From Pontiella sp. (GTDB lineage Bacteria > Verrucomicrobiota > Kiritimatiellia > Kiritimatiellales > Pontiellaceae): 64,000 nucleotides of DNA. The translations under genes were made by a program, and so were the position numbers. The notes beneath the pieces were generated by a model. It did not search any database. It saw only the letters and a program-made list of their open reading frames with translations, and was not told where the DNA came from. Position 1 is the stretch's first letter. Every line of letters begins with the position of its first letter. Of this stretch, positions 19,011 through 27,141 are shown one piece after another. The DNA is taken from NCBI GenBank assembly GCA_050290185.1, contig JBNKHE010000008.1, positions 96,001 to 160,000 of the forward strand, given 5' to 3'.

Positions 19011-19943
19011 ATGGACACATTTATTACATTTGGAATCAGCCTGATGCTTTGCCTTTCCGTGGGTGCGGTGGCCTGGATATTCACCGGCGCGGCGCGGGAT
19101 GTCACCTATGTCACGCTGGCCGATGGACGCCGTCAGGAGCGGTATCTTCCGATCATTATCCGGGCCACCCTTCCGCTTTGCATCTTTGTGCCGCTGGCTT
19201 TCACGAATCTCGGTCTGTTCGAAGACAGCCGCGAACGCCTCAAACGAAAACTGGTTTCAGCGGGTTACGAAGGGTTGATCAAGCCGGGCGAAGTCATTGC
19301 CTTGCGGGTCATGGTACCGCTGGTGATGGGCGGTCTGATGTGCGGGCTGCTCTTTTTTGCGTTTCCCAGAATACCGGAAGCCATGGGCAAATGGTTGCAG
19401 GAACGGCAGTTCTTTCTCTATTTCTTTGTGTTCTTGTTTTTTGGGTTCTATCCCGACGCGTGGTTGAAGCATGCGGTCAAGATGCGGCATAGGAGCATCG
19501 AGCGCGCGCTGCCGTTCGTACTCGACCTGCTGACGTTGTCGGTCGAGTCCGGCCTCGACTTCATGAGCGGCATGAACCGCATCATCGCCCATCGCGACAT
19601 CGATGCTCTGGGCGAAGAACTCATCCGGGTCTTCCGCGAAATCCAGGTAGGCCGGTCACGCAAGGAGGCCTTGCGGAACATGGCGATCCGGGTGAATCAC
19701 TCGGATATCCGCGCGCTGTCCAGTGCGCTGATCCAGGCGGATGAACTGGGCACGGGCATCGGCCATGCTTTGCGAATCCAGGCCGATCAGGTGCGGACCA
19801 AGCGCTTCCAGCGTGCGGAAAAAATGGGCAACGAAGCCCCGGTCAAGTTGTTGTTTCCGCTGGTGGCTTTTATATTCCCGTCGGTACTTATTGTCCTGAT
19901 GGGGCCGTTGATCCTGCAGGTTGTGATTCGCGGAGGATTTTAA
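19011..19943 (+). CDS. tadC: TadC inner-membrane platform protein
   Basis: LPFVLDLLTLSVESGL, ALIQADELG and APVKLLFPLV. Confidence 0.9.
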   Translation: MDTFITFGISLMLCLSVGAVAWIFTGAARDVTYVTLADGRRQERYLPIIIRATLPLCIFVPLAFTNLGLFEDSRERLKRKLVSAGYEGLIKPGEVIALRVMVPLVMGGLMCGLLFFAFPRIPEAMGKWLQERQFFLYFFVFLFFGFYPDAWLKHAVKMRHRSIERALPFVLDLLTLSVESGLDFMSGMNRIIAHRDIDALGEELIRVFREIQVGRSRKEALRNMAIRVNHSDIRALSSALIQADELGTGIGHALRIQADQVRTKRFQRAEKMGNEAPVKLLFPLVAFIFPSVLIVLMGPLILQVVIRGGF

Positions 19944-20066
19944 ATTGTTGAATTCCGGTTTTCGATTGACGGTTTACGGGAGGGCAACGCTTGTTACAAG
20001 GTAGCGTCGGCGTAGCCACCCGATAAATCAAAAGCCGAAAATCAAACATCGAACATAGGTAGAGCA

Positions 20067-21368
20067 ATGTCTCATTTAATCATTGAACAGGGTAAAGAGG
20101 TCGGGAAGGAGATTTCGGTTCCGGCTTCAGGTATCAAGTTTGGCCGTTCGCCGGCAAACGATCTGGTGCTTGAGGATGAAGTACTGATGTTGTTTCAGGG
20201 ACGTTTCTTCTTCAAGTCCGACGGAACGCTTTGGATTACCGACTTCAGTGTGGGTGAAAAATCGCATATCGGTGGTGTGCCGATTGATGAACAACAGTTG
20301 AAGGTGGGTGATCTGGTGGAGGTCGGCTCCACCGCCTTCCGCGTCATCAGTACTCGACAGGGCGAAGGCGCTGCTCCGGCGCCACTGCCGGTGGTCAAGG
20401 ACGAGAAGATTGATCTCGGATTCAAGCCTGCGGCAAAGACGCATCGCGACAGTCCGGCAAAAAGCCACGAAAAGCATGCGTCCCCGATCTTTCGTATCCT
20501 GCAGGTGCTCGTGATCGTGCTTATTCTTCTGCTGGTTGTGGTGGGGGCCACGGAAGTCATGCGTTCCAAAAAAAGTTCCGGCAACGGGGTTCGGATGAAG
20601 GGGATATTCTTCAACTATGAATTTGTGCATGGCAGCGGCCGCAATATTTTCCGGTATACGGTGGATCTGACGCCGGATGGGGTGGTCACGCTCAGGGCAG
20701 ACGATGTGCGCAGCCGCCAATTCAGCAAATCAGCTCAATTGTCTGCTGAAGAGCTGGCCACGCTCAAGCGCCGAATTGAAAACAGCGACTTCTTCAAGGT
20801 TACGTCCGATCACGTGGGCAAGACGTCTAACGATCAATATGACTTGTGTGACATTGCGCTGGGCTGCGACGGCCAATTCAATCATGTCCGGGTGCTTAAT
20901 CGCGAAATTCCGGCCGATGTGCGGCAACTCAAGAATACGCTCGAGGACTATGCATTCGATGTGCTTGATGTTTCGCAGACGCTGCTGAAGGATGACAGCG
21001 AGCTGATTGAATTATCGAAGGAAGCCTATCGCGTTGCCGAAACCTTTTACCGTGAGCGCGCGACCAGCTATGACAATCTGGCCCAATGCATCAAGCACCT
21101 CCATGAATCGGTCAACTTTCTCGAAACCATCGAGCCGAAGCCGGAGCCTTACGGGAAAGCCACGGACCTGCTGGCGAAAGCCGTGGTTGAACAGAGTGAG
21201 CGTTACAAGGAATACATGTTCCTCGTCGACAAGGCCATGCGCATCTCCGAATGGGAAGTCGCCCGGCGCAATCTGCAGATCTGTTCGCAAATTATTTCGG
21301 ACCGTTCGGATGTGCGTAATGAAATCATTTCCAAGAAAACGCTTGAGGTGGAGGACAAACTGAGATGA
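20067..21368 (+). CDS. FHA-domain single-pass membrane protein with periplasmic and helical C-terminal regions
   Basis: FHA-like N-terminus (FGRSPANDLVL...LKVGDLVEVG), TM ILQVLVIVLILLLVVVG, and a helical C-terminus. Confidence 0.75.
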   Translation: MSHLIIEQGKEVGKEISVPASGIKFGRSPANDLVLEDEVLMLFQGRFFFKSDGTLWITDFSVGEKSHIGGVPIDEQQLKVGDLVEVGSTAFRVISTRQGEGAAPAPLPVVKDEKIDLGFKPAAKTHRDSPAKSHEKHASPIFRILQVLVIVLILLLVVVGATEVMRSKKSSGNGVRMKGIFFNYEFVHGSGRNIFRYTVDLTPDGVVTLRADDVRSRQFSKSAQLSAEELATLKRRIENSDFFKVTSDHVGKTSNDQYDLCDIALGCDGQFNHVRVLNREIPADVRQLKNTLEDYAFDVLDVSQTLLKDDSELIELSKEAYRVAETFYRERATSYDNLAQCIKHLHESVNFLETIEPKPEPYGKATDLLAKAVVEQSERYKEYMFLVDKAMRISEWEVARRNLQICSQIISDRSDVRNEIISKKTLEVEDKLR

Positions 21369-22765
21369 AGGCGGCCATGAAACAATCAAACAAGGAAAGC
21401 ATGGCGACATTCAGCCGCTGGTTATGTGCCGCAATGGCCCTGCTACTGACCGCTTGCGGACCGGGCAAGGGGAGCGTTACCATTACCTCCACACCCACCG
21501 ATGCCACCATTACGGTAAACGGAGTATCGAAGGGAACCACGCCGGCAACGCTGGAAGAGCTGCCACCTGGCCAATATGTGATCGAAGTGCAGAAAGAGGG
21601 ATATGACACGGCGTACAAAACCGTGGCCCTGTTGGATAAGCAGAAGCTCAATATCGAGTTGGATCTGCCGCAGACCATGGGATTGCTGCTGGTAGATTCT
21701 GTTCCGCAAGGAGTCGATGTCCTGATGGATGGTGTGTCCAAAGGGAAGACCCCCTTGCTGCTCACCGAACTTGGATTTGGGAGCTATAAACTGGATTTTA
21801 AGTCACCCATTCACCTGCCGCTCACCATGCAGGCCGATCTGGTTGACCGGAAGCCCGTGCGGGTTTGCGCTGAACTGACTTCCAACACCGCCACGTTGGT
21901 TCTCGACTCCAAGCCCGCCGGTGCTGATGTACTCATCAACGGTGTAGTACGCGGAACCACACCCGTTACGCTGGATGATGTGGTGGTCGGGAAAGCCGAT
22001 GTCAAAGTGGCCAAGGTCGGCTACAAACCGTATGCCCGCCAGATGGATCTGGAGGCTACCGGAAACTATGAAATTACCGCCGAGCTGGAGGCGTTGCCGT
22101 CAGGCCTGACAGTGGACACAAAACCGGCGGGTGCTGCCGTGACCATCGATGGCCAGCCCGTTGGAAGCTCACCGCTGACCGTCAATGTGGCGGACGGCTC
22201 CCGCGAGGTGAAAATCGTCCTCATGGGCTATGAAACCGTGAAGACCAACATGGTGCTCAAACCCAACGTGATTGAGCCGCTTGAGCTTGATCTCGTGAAG
22301 AACAGTGGCACGCTCGTGCTCGACACCGAGCCGGCGGATGTAAAGGTGTACATCAATGGCGAGCTGTATGCCACCACCGAGCCGAAGGGCGGAATGGATT
22401 CCATGTCGAAGCCGATTAATATTCTGCTTACAGCCGGCGTCGACCACACTATCCAGCTGGTGCACGGAGGGTATGCTGCAACCACCTTTACACTGCAGAC
22501 TGAATTGGATCAGCTGGTTACCCGCCATGAAGCACTTAAAAGGATCTTTGTCCGCGACACGATGATCACCACCAAGACGGAGGTCATCAAATGCCGTTTG
22601 GAATACAAACTGCCCAACGGCAATATGTACTTCGAGCGGTTCCCGGGCGTCTACGATACCGTCAAGGCCGAAGACATTGTCGATGTCCAATCTCTCGGGC
22701 TCGACGACGAAAGCAACCGCGAAGCCCGCCGTTTGCTGGAGCTGAACAAGCAAGTCTCGCCGTAA
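21365..22765 (+). CDS. Multi-PEGA-domain lipoprotein
   Basis: Lipobox LTAC and about five repeats of S.P.GA.V.I.G...G.TP. The start may instead be 21401. Confidence 0.85.
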   Translation: MKAAMKQSNKESMATFSRWLCAAMALLLTACGPGKGSVTITSTPTDATITVNGVSKGTTPATLEELPPGQYVIEVQKEGYDTAYKTVALLDKQKLNIELDLPQTMGLLLVDSVPQGVDVLMDGVSKGKTPLLLTELGFGSYKLDFKSPIHLPLTMQADLVDRKPVRVCAELTSNTATLVLDSKPAGADVLINGVVRGTTPVTLDDVVVGKADVKVAKVGYKPYARQMDLEATGNYEITAELEALPSGLTVDTKPAGAAVTIDGQPVGSSPLTVNVADGSREVKIVLMGYETVKTNMVLKPNVIEPLELDLVKNSGTLVLDTEPADVKVYINGELYATTEPKGGMDSMSKPINILLTAGVDHTIQLVHGGYAATTFTLQTELDQLVTRHEALKRIFVRDTMITTKTEVIKCRLEYKLPNGNMYFERFPGVYDTVKAEDIVDVQSLGLDDESNREARRLLELNKQVSP

Positions 22766-22821
22766 TGATCGGCTGATTATCCAAGTCACGAAAAGCCCGT
22801 ACTTGCGCCGGCAAAGTGGGC

Positions 22822-23166
22822 TTATTCTTTTTCGGTCAATTGGTCGCCGGCATGAAGCTCTTTCAGAGCCCCTGCTGCGGTTTCCAGAACGCAATGGGTT
22901 TTGCGGGGAGCCCAGCCCAGCGCCCACGGACGAAGGTTTCTAGAAATCTTCAGCACGCACAGATCGACATCCAGAAAAGCGGCGTCGATGGGAAAGCGCA
23001 TAAACCACATGTGGATGCTTCGGCAGGGACGGATCAGCAGACCGGTGTCGCTCGACAGGCTGTCCCTGCCGAGCAGGCCCCGCATACGGTCCGTGGCGGA
23101 TTCCGCCGTGAGCAGCTTTTTCACTACGGCGTTACCGTTGGCCTGATTGATCAAAATGCGTGACAT
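22822..23166 (-). CDS. DUF192 family protein
   Basis: RMRGLLGR...GLLIRPC.SIHMWFMRFPID...VLETAAG. Confidence 0.85.
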   Translation of the reverse strand: MSRILINQANGNAVVKKLLTAESATDRMRGLLGRDSLSSDTGLLIRPCRSIHMWFMRFPIDAAFLDVDLCVLKISRNLRPWALGWAPRKTHCVLETAAGALKELHAGDQLTEKE

Positions 23167-23217
23167 GACCTACAAAATCCTAAATTCTGGGACGTCATTC
23201 AAGTTTAAGGAACAACT

Positions 23218-24099
23218 ATGGCACTCAAGAGCATGACAGGTTTTGGCGAGGGTTCGGCATCCGCTTCCGGTATCAAGGTGGTGGTTGAGCTTAGTTCCGT
23301 CAACCGCAAGCAACTCGACATCAACATTAATCTTCCCCGCAATCTGGTGACCCTCGATGCCCAGGTGCAGAACATGGTCCGCAGCGAGTTTTCCCGGGGA
23401 CGTGTGTCGGGCATCGTCAAGGTCGATGCCACCAACGGGTTTGCCGGTACGGTCACCATCGATGACAAGCTGGCGGCGAAATATATTGAAGGATTGCGCA
23501 AAACCGCGGGCAAGCTGAAACTGGATGACGACCTCGGTGCGGAAACGATTGCCCGGTTGCCGGGCATCGTGACGGTGGATCAGGCCAATCTGGACGCCGA
23601 TCACGTATCGGCCGTACTGGAAAAGGCGATGGGCGCCGCCTTGCGCGGGCTCGCCCGGATGCGGCTGGCCGAAGGCAAGGCGCTGGCTGCCGATTTCCGG
23701 GAACGCGTGGATTTGCTTGATGGCATGGTTACGTCTATCGGGCAGTTCGCTCCGAACGTGGTGGCCAGCTATCGCGACAAGTTGCACCAGCGCCTGCAGG
23801 AGGCCGGCCTTGAAAATTTGGCCGGGGACGAGCGGGTGATCAAGGAAGTGGCCTTGTTTGCCGACCGTTGCGATATCAGCGAAGAACTCACGCGTCTGAA
23901 AAGCCATCTGAAACAGGTCCGGCAACTGCTGCGGTCGTCCGAGCCGGTGGGGCGTACGCTCGACTTCCTGTGCCAGGAATTGTTCCGCGAAATCAACACC
24001 GTCGGCTCCAAGGCAAACGAGGTGGAGATTACGCGTCATGTCGTAGCCTTCAAAACGGAACTGGAGCGTATCCGTGAACAGGTCCAGAATATCGAATAG
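23218..24099 (+). CDS. yicC: YicC/YloC family endoribonuclease
   Basis: SMTGFG, SVNRK.LD, DISEELTRL.SH and GRTLDFLCQELFREINT.GSK. Confidence 0.93.
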   Translation: MALKSMTGFGEGSASASGIKVVVELSSVNRKQLDININLPRNLVTLDAQVQNMVRSEFSRGRVSGIVKVDATNGFAGTVTIDDKLAAKYIEGLRKTAGKLKLDDDLGAETIARLPGIVTVDQANLDADHVSAVLEKAMGAALRGLARMRLAEGKALAADFRERVDLLDGMVTSIGQFAPNVVASYRDKLHQRLQEAGLENLAGDERVIKEVALFADRCDISEELTRLKSHLKQVRQLLRSSEPVGRTLDFLCQELFREINTVGSKANEVEITRHVVAFKTELERIREQVQNIE

Positions 24100-24108
24100 G
24101 GAAACGCC

Positions 24109-24750
24109 ATGGCCAAGCATGATTTGATAGAAGAATCCCCCCTGGCGCCACGCCCGTCCCGTCCATTGTTGATTGTGGTATCGGCCCCGTCCGGAGCGGG
24201 AAAGAGTACGCTGTGCGACCGGCTGGTTGCCGAATTCCAGAAGATCGTCTATTCCGTCTCCTGCACCACCCGCAATCCGCGGGGCCAGGAAAAGGACGGT
24301 GTGCACTACTATTTCCTTTCCAAGAAGGAATTTAAAGCACGCGTGAAAAACGGGGAGTTTCTGGAGCACGCCAAGGTGCACGGCAACTTTTACGGCACGC
24401 TCGAAGACACGGTGCTGTTCGCGATGGAGGAGGGACGCCATGTCCTGCTCGATATCGACGTGCAGGGGGCGCAACAGATCCGCGATTCGCTTTTTCGACT
24501 CGATCCGCGCCATCCCATCCGCCGCGGCTTCATAGACATCTTCATCTCACCGCCTTCGTACGAGGAACTGGAGAGCCGGTTGCGCGGTCGCGCCACTGAT
24601 AACGATCATGTCATCAAGAAGCGCCTCGAAAACGCCAAGGCCGAAATGGAGCACGCCTCCGAATACGGTCATCAGATCGTTAACGATGAGCTGGAAAAAG
24701 CCTACGCCGACCTTAAGACCATCATCCTCTCGGCGCTGGGGCTGGAGTAG
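24109..24750 (+). CDS. gmk: Guanylate kinase
   Basis: SAPSGAGKST, TTRNPRGQEKDGVHYYF, YGT and DIDVQG. Confidence 0.95.
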   Translation: MAKHDLIEESPLAPRPSRPLLIVVSAPSGAGKSTLCDRLVAEFQKIVYSVSCTTRNPRGQEKDGVHYYFLSKKEFKARVKNGEFLEHAKVHGNFYGTLEDTVLFAMEEGRHVLLDIDVQGAQQIRDSLFRLDPRHPIRRGFIDIFISPPSYEELESRLRGRATDNDHVIKKRLENAKAEMEHASEYGHQIVNDELEKAYADLKTIILSALGLE

Positions 24751-24763
24751 CTTTGATCAAGGG

Positions 24764-27019
24764 TTAGTCCTTGTCTGAGATGCCGATCACCTGCCGGAAT
24801 TCGATGGCTTCGGAGGCGAGCACCAGCGCCAGCTGTGGCATATCCTTGGTGCTTGCCATCAGGGTGCCGTAGTAGCGGCCATAGGCTTCGACCGTTTCTG
24901 TTGCGGCGGGCGGACGCATGCCGATCAAGACCAGGCCGGCCTCGGCGGAAGACAGCCGGATCACGTCATAGATGCTCGGCTGGTTTTGGACCAGGATCTC
25001 GGTTTCGGCCGGGATTCGCTGCTCTTTAATAAAGGTCTCCATCCGTTTTGTTGCATCTTCCCGCCCTTCTTCGGTGTCAACGATGGTCTTAATGACCAGC
25101 TTGGACTGCTTCCATAACGGGCTTTTTTGGATCAGGTAGGCCAGCGTCATGATCAGGCCTATGTTGTCTTCGTTGCCCCCCCACCAGACATCGATCGTTT
25201 CGGCCTCCTCGGGAGGGGGCTCGTCGTCTTCCTTCGTTTTGGCTTTCTCCGCTGAGGTTTCGCTCTCGGGTTCCCTCAGCAGAACCAAATTGCGGTTGGT
25301 ACTGTAGATCAACTGGATCAGCTCGGCGAAATCGGCAAAGTCGGAGCGGTTTTCAGTGTCGCCCAGCAGGATGGTATTCGGGCTCAGCGGGCCATATCCA
25401 TAGGCCCGCACCAGCGCCTTTGCGCCGGTCAGCATATCGGGGCAGGGGAAGATTTTCACCAAGGCATCGACTTCGCGTTTATTCAGGTATTCACGGATCG
25501 TGTCTTCCGTTGACTGGACCTTTTCCGCCGACCAATCCTCCACCGGCAGGATGCTGGCAACGGTCAGCGCGCTGCCATGCCGCGCGAGGGAGAAGGCCAT
25601 TTCCACCAGATTCCAGCGCGACTTGGGCGATCTGCTCAGAACGAGAACATTGGGCCGCCAGGTGCGTTCGTCCGGCTTCAGTCGGCTCAGTCGTTGAATG
25701 GCGAACTGCGCCAGCAGGGTCAGGATTCCGTAGCGCATATCGCCCCAGTGCGCCTTCAGGTTCCGCCTTTTCACGAAATAGTAGACCGAGCTTGTCACGA
25801 TCACCGCAACGATGGTGGCCCCCGCGTTGACCATCATCATCACGCTGAAGCAACCGACGGCTCCAAGCAGCGAGAAGGCGTAGTGCGCCTTGAACTTGGG
25901 GCGCCAGGAAGGGCTTTGGATCAGGCCTTCCAATCCGGCGGAAAGATTTACCAACCCGTAGGAGGTGAGGAAGAACATCGAGAGGATCGGGGCAATCATG
26001 TTGAGGTCCCCCAGCAGTACCGCCGCCAGCGCGACGAAAAACGCGATGGCCGTGGCAATGCGCGGATCGGCCTTGTCCTTGCCGAAGCCGCGGCCGATGA
26101 AGCGGGGGATAATGCCGTCGTTCGCCAGTGCCTGCAGGGTGCGCGGCGCGCCGAGCAAGGCGCCGAGGGCGCTCGAAAGCGACGCGGCGAACACGCCCGC
26201 AACGATCAGGAACCCCCAGCGCGCCACCGATCGCAGGGCATTCGGATTAAACAGCATGCTGGAGTCGGCCACGCTATGGCTCAGAAAGATTGGCAGGGCC
26301 ATGTAGACGATGTATCCGGTGAGTACGGCACCCAGCGTACCCAACGGCAGTGCCCGGGCAGGGTTTTTCAAGTCGCCTGACATGGCCAGCCCGGCCTCGA
26401 TCCCGGTGACGGCCGGGAAGAATACGGCGAAAACGGCCCAGAAGCCGGTGCCTTTAGGGATGAATACGTCGCCAACTACTTCCGATACGGGGCTACCCAT
26501 GAAGTATGAACCCAGCGAAGCGATAATGGTGGCGAGGATGACAAACTGCACCTTCAAGGCCAGATCGGCGGAGATGTAGGCCAGAATCGTGAGCAGCACA
26601 AGCGTTGAAACCGCGATCACCTTGGCGGTCAGGAAGATCGGGAGGTAGGGGCCGAGGTTGCTTATCACCGCTTCCGTGAAACCGGCGATGTAGAAGGCGA
26701 TGCCGAACGACTGCGCGAAAAAGAGCGGCAGGCCGATGGCCGCGCCGGACTCGATGCCGAGGGATCGCGAAATGATGAAGTAGGCCCCGCCGCCGCCGAC
26801 CTTCATGTTCGTCGCCATCGCCGAGATCGACAGCCCGGTGAGGAAGGTGATCGAAGTGGCTATCGTGACAATCAGCAACGTGGCGGGCAGTCCGACACTA
26901 CCGAGCACCCAGCCGAAGCGCAGATACATGACCACGCCCAGGATGGTGAGGACGCTGGGGGTGTAGACCCCCTTGAACGTGCCGAACGAGTAGCCTTTCT
27001 TTTCCGTTTCTTCGGCCAT
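24764..27019 (-). CDS. Cation-chloride cotransporter (SLC12/CCC-like) paralog 2
   Basis: YLRFGWV.G, GGGAYFIISRSLG.E.G, FFPAVTGIEAG..MSGDL and WRPN, plus a cytosolic C-terminal domain. ATG 27019 follows RBS AAGGAG. Confidence 0.9.
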   Translation of the reverse strand: MAEETEKKGYSFGTFKGVYTPSVLTILGVVMYLRFGWVLGSVGLPATLLIVTIATSITFLTGLSISAMATNMKVGGGGAYFIISRSLGIESGAAIGLPLFFAQSFGIAFYIAGFTEAVISNLGPYLPIFLTAKVIAVSTLVLLTILAYISADLALKVQFVILATIIASLGSYFMGSPVSEVVGDVFIPKGTGFWAVFAVFFPAVTGIEAGLAMSGDLKNPARALPLGTLGAVLTGYIVYMALPIFLSHSVADSSMLFNPNALRSVARWGFLIVAGVFAASLSSALGALLGAPRTLQALANDGIIPRFIGRGFGKDKADPRIATAIAFFVALAAVLLGDLNMIAPILSMFFLTSYGLVNLSAGLEGLIQSPSWRPKFKAHYAFSLLGAVGCFSVMMMVNAGATIVAVIVTSSVYYFVKRRNLKAHWGDMRYGILTLLAQFAIQRLSRLKPDERTWRPNVLVLSRSPKSRWNLVEMAFSLARHGSALTVASILPVEDWSAEKVQSTEDTIREYLNKREVDALVKIFPCPDMLTGAKALVRAYGYGPLSPNTILLGDTENRSDFADFAELIQLIYSTNRNLVLLREPESETSAEKAKTKEDDEPPPEEAETIDVWWGGNEDNIGLIMTLAYLIQKSPLWKQSKLVIKTIVDTEEGREDATKRMETFIKEQRIPAETEILVQNQPSIYDVIRLSSAEAGLVLIGMRPPAATETVEAYGRYYGTLMASTKDMPQLALVLASEAIEFRQVIGISDKD

Positions 27020-27141
27020 GAACGATTTCCTCTCCTTGGGAGATGACGGCTGGAGTCTCCCAGACCAGGAAACAAAAGGGAAGAAAACTTCCCGGCGCGG
27101 ATGAGGGAACACCGATCCGCAGTGCGCCGGGCGGGCAACGC

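Noticed and set aside
19944..20066. Riboswitch (e.g. c-di-GMP) between tadC and the FHA gene
   Set aside because: I could not match the conserved aptamer motifs. It is more likely an internal promoter region.
23170..24513. Long antisense ORFs (this 447-aa one, and e.g. 6891-7817, 53511-54512, 62343-63536)
   Set aside because: They are shadow frames opposite well-supported genes in high-GC DNA and carry no motifs.
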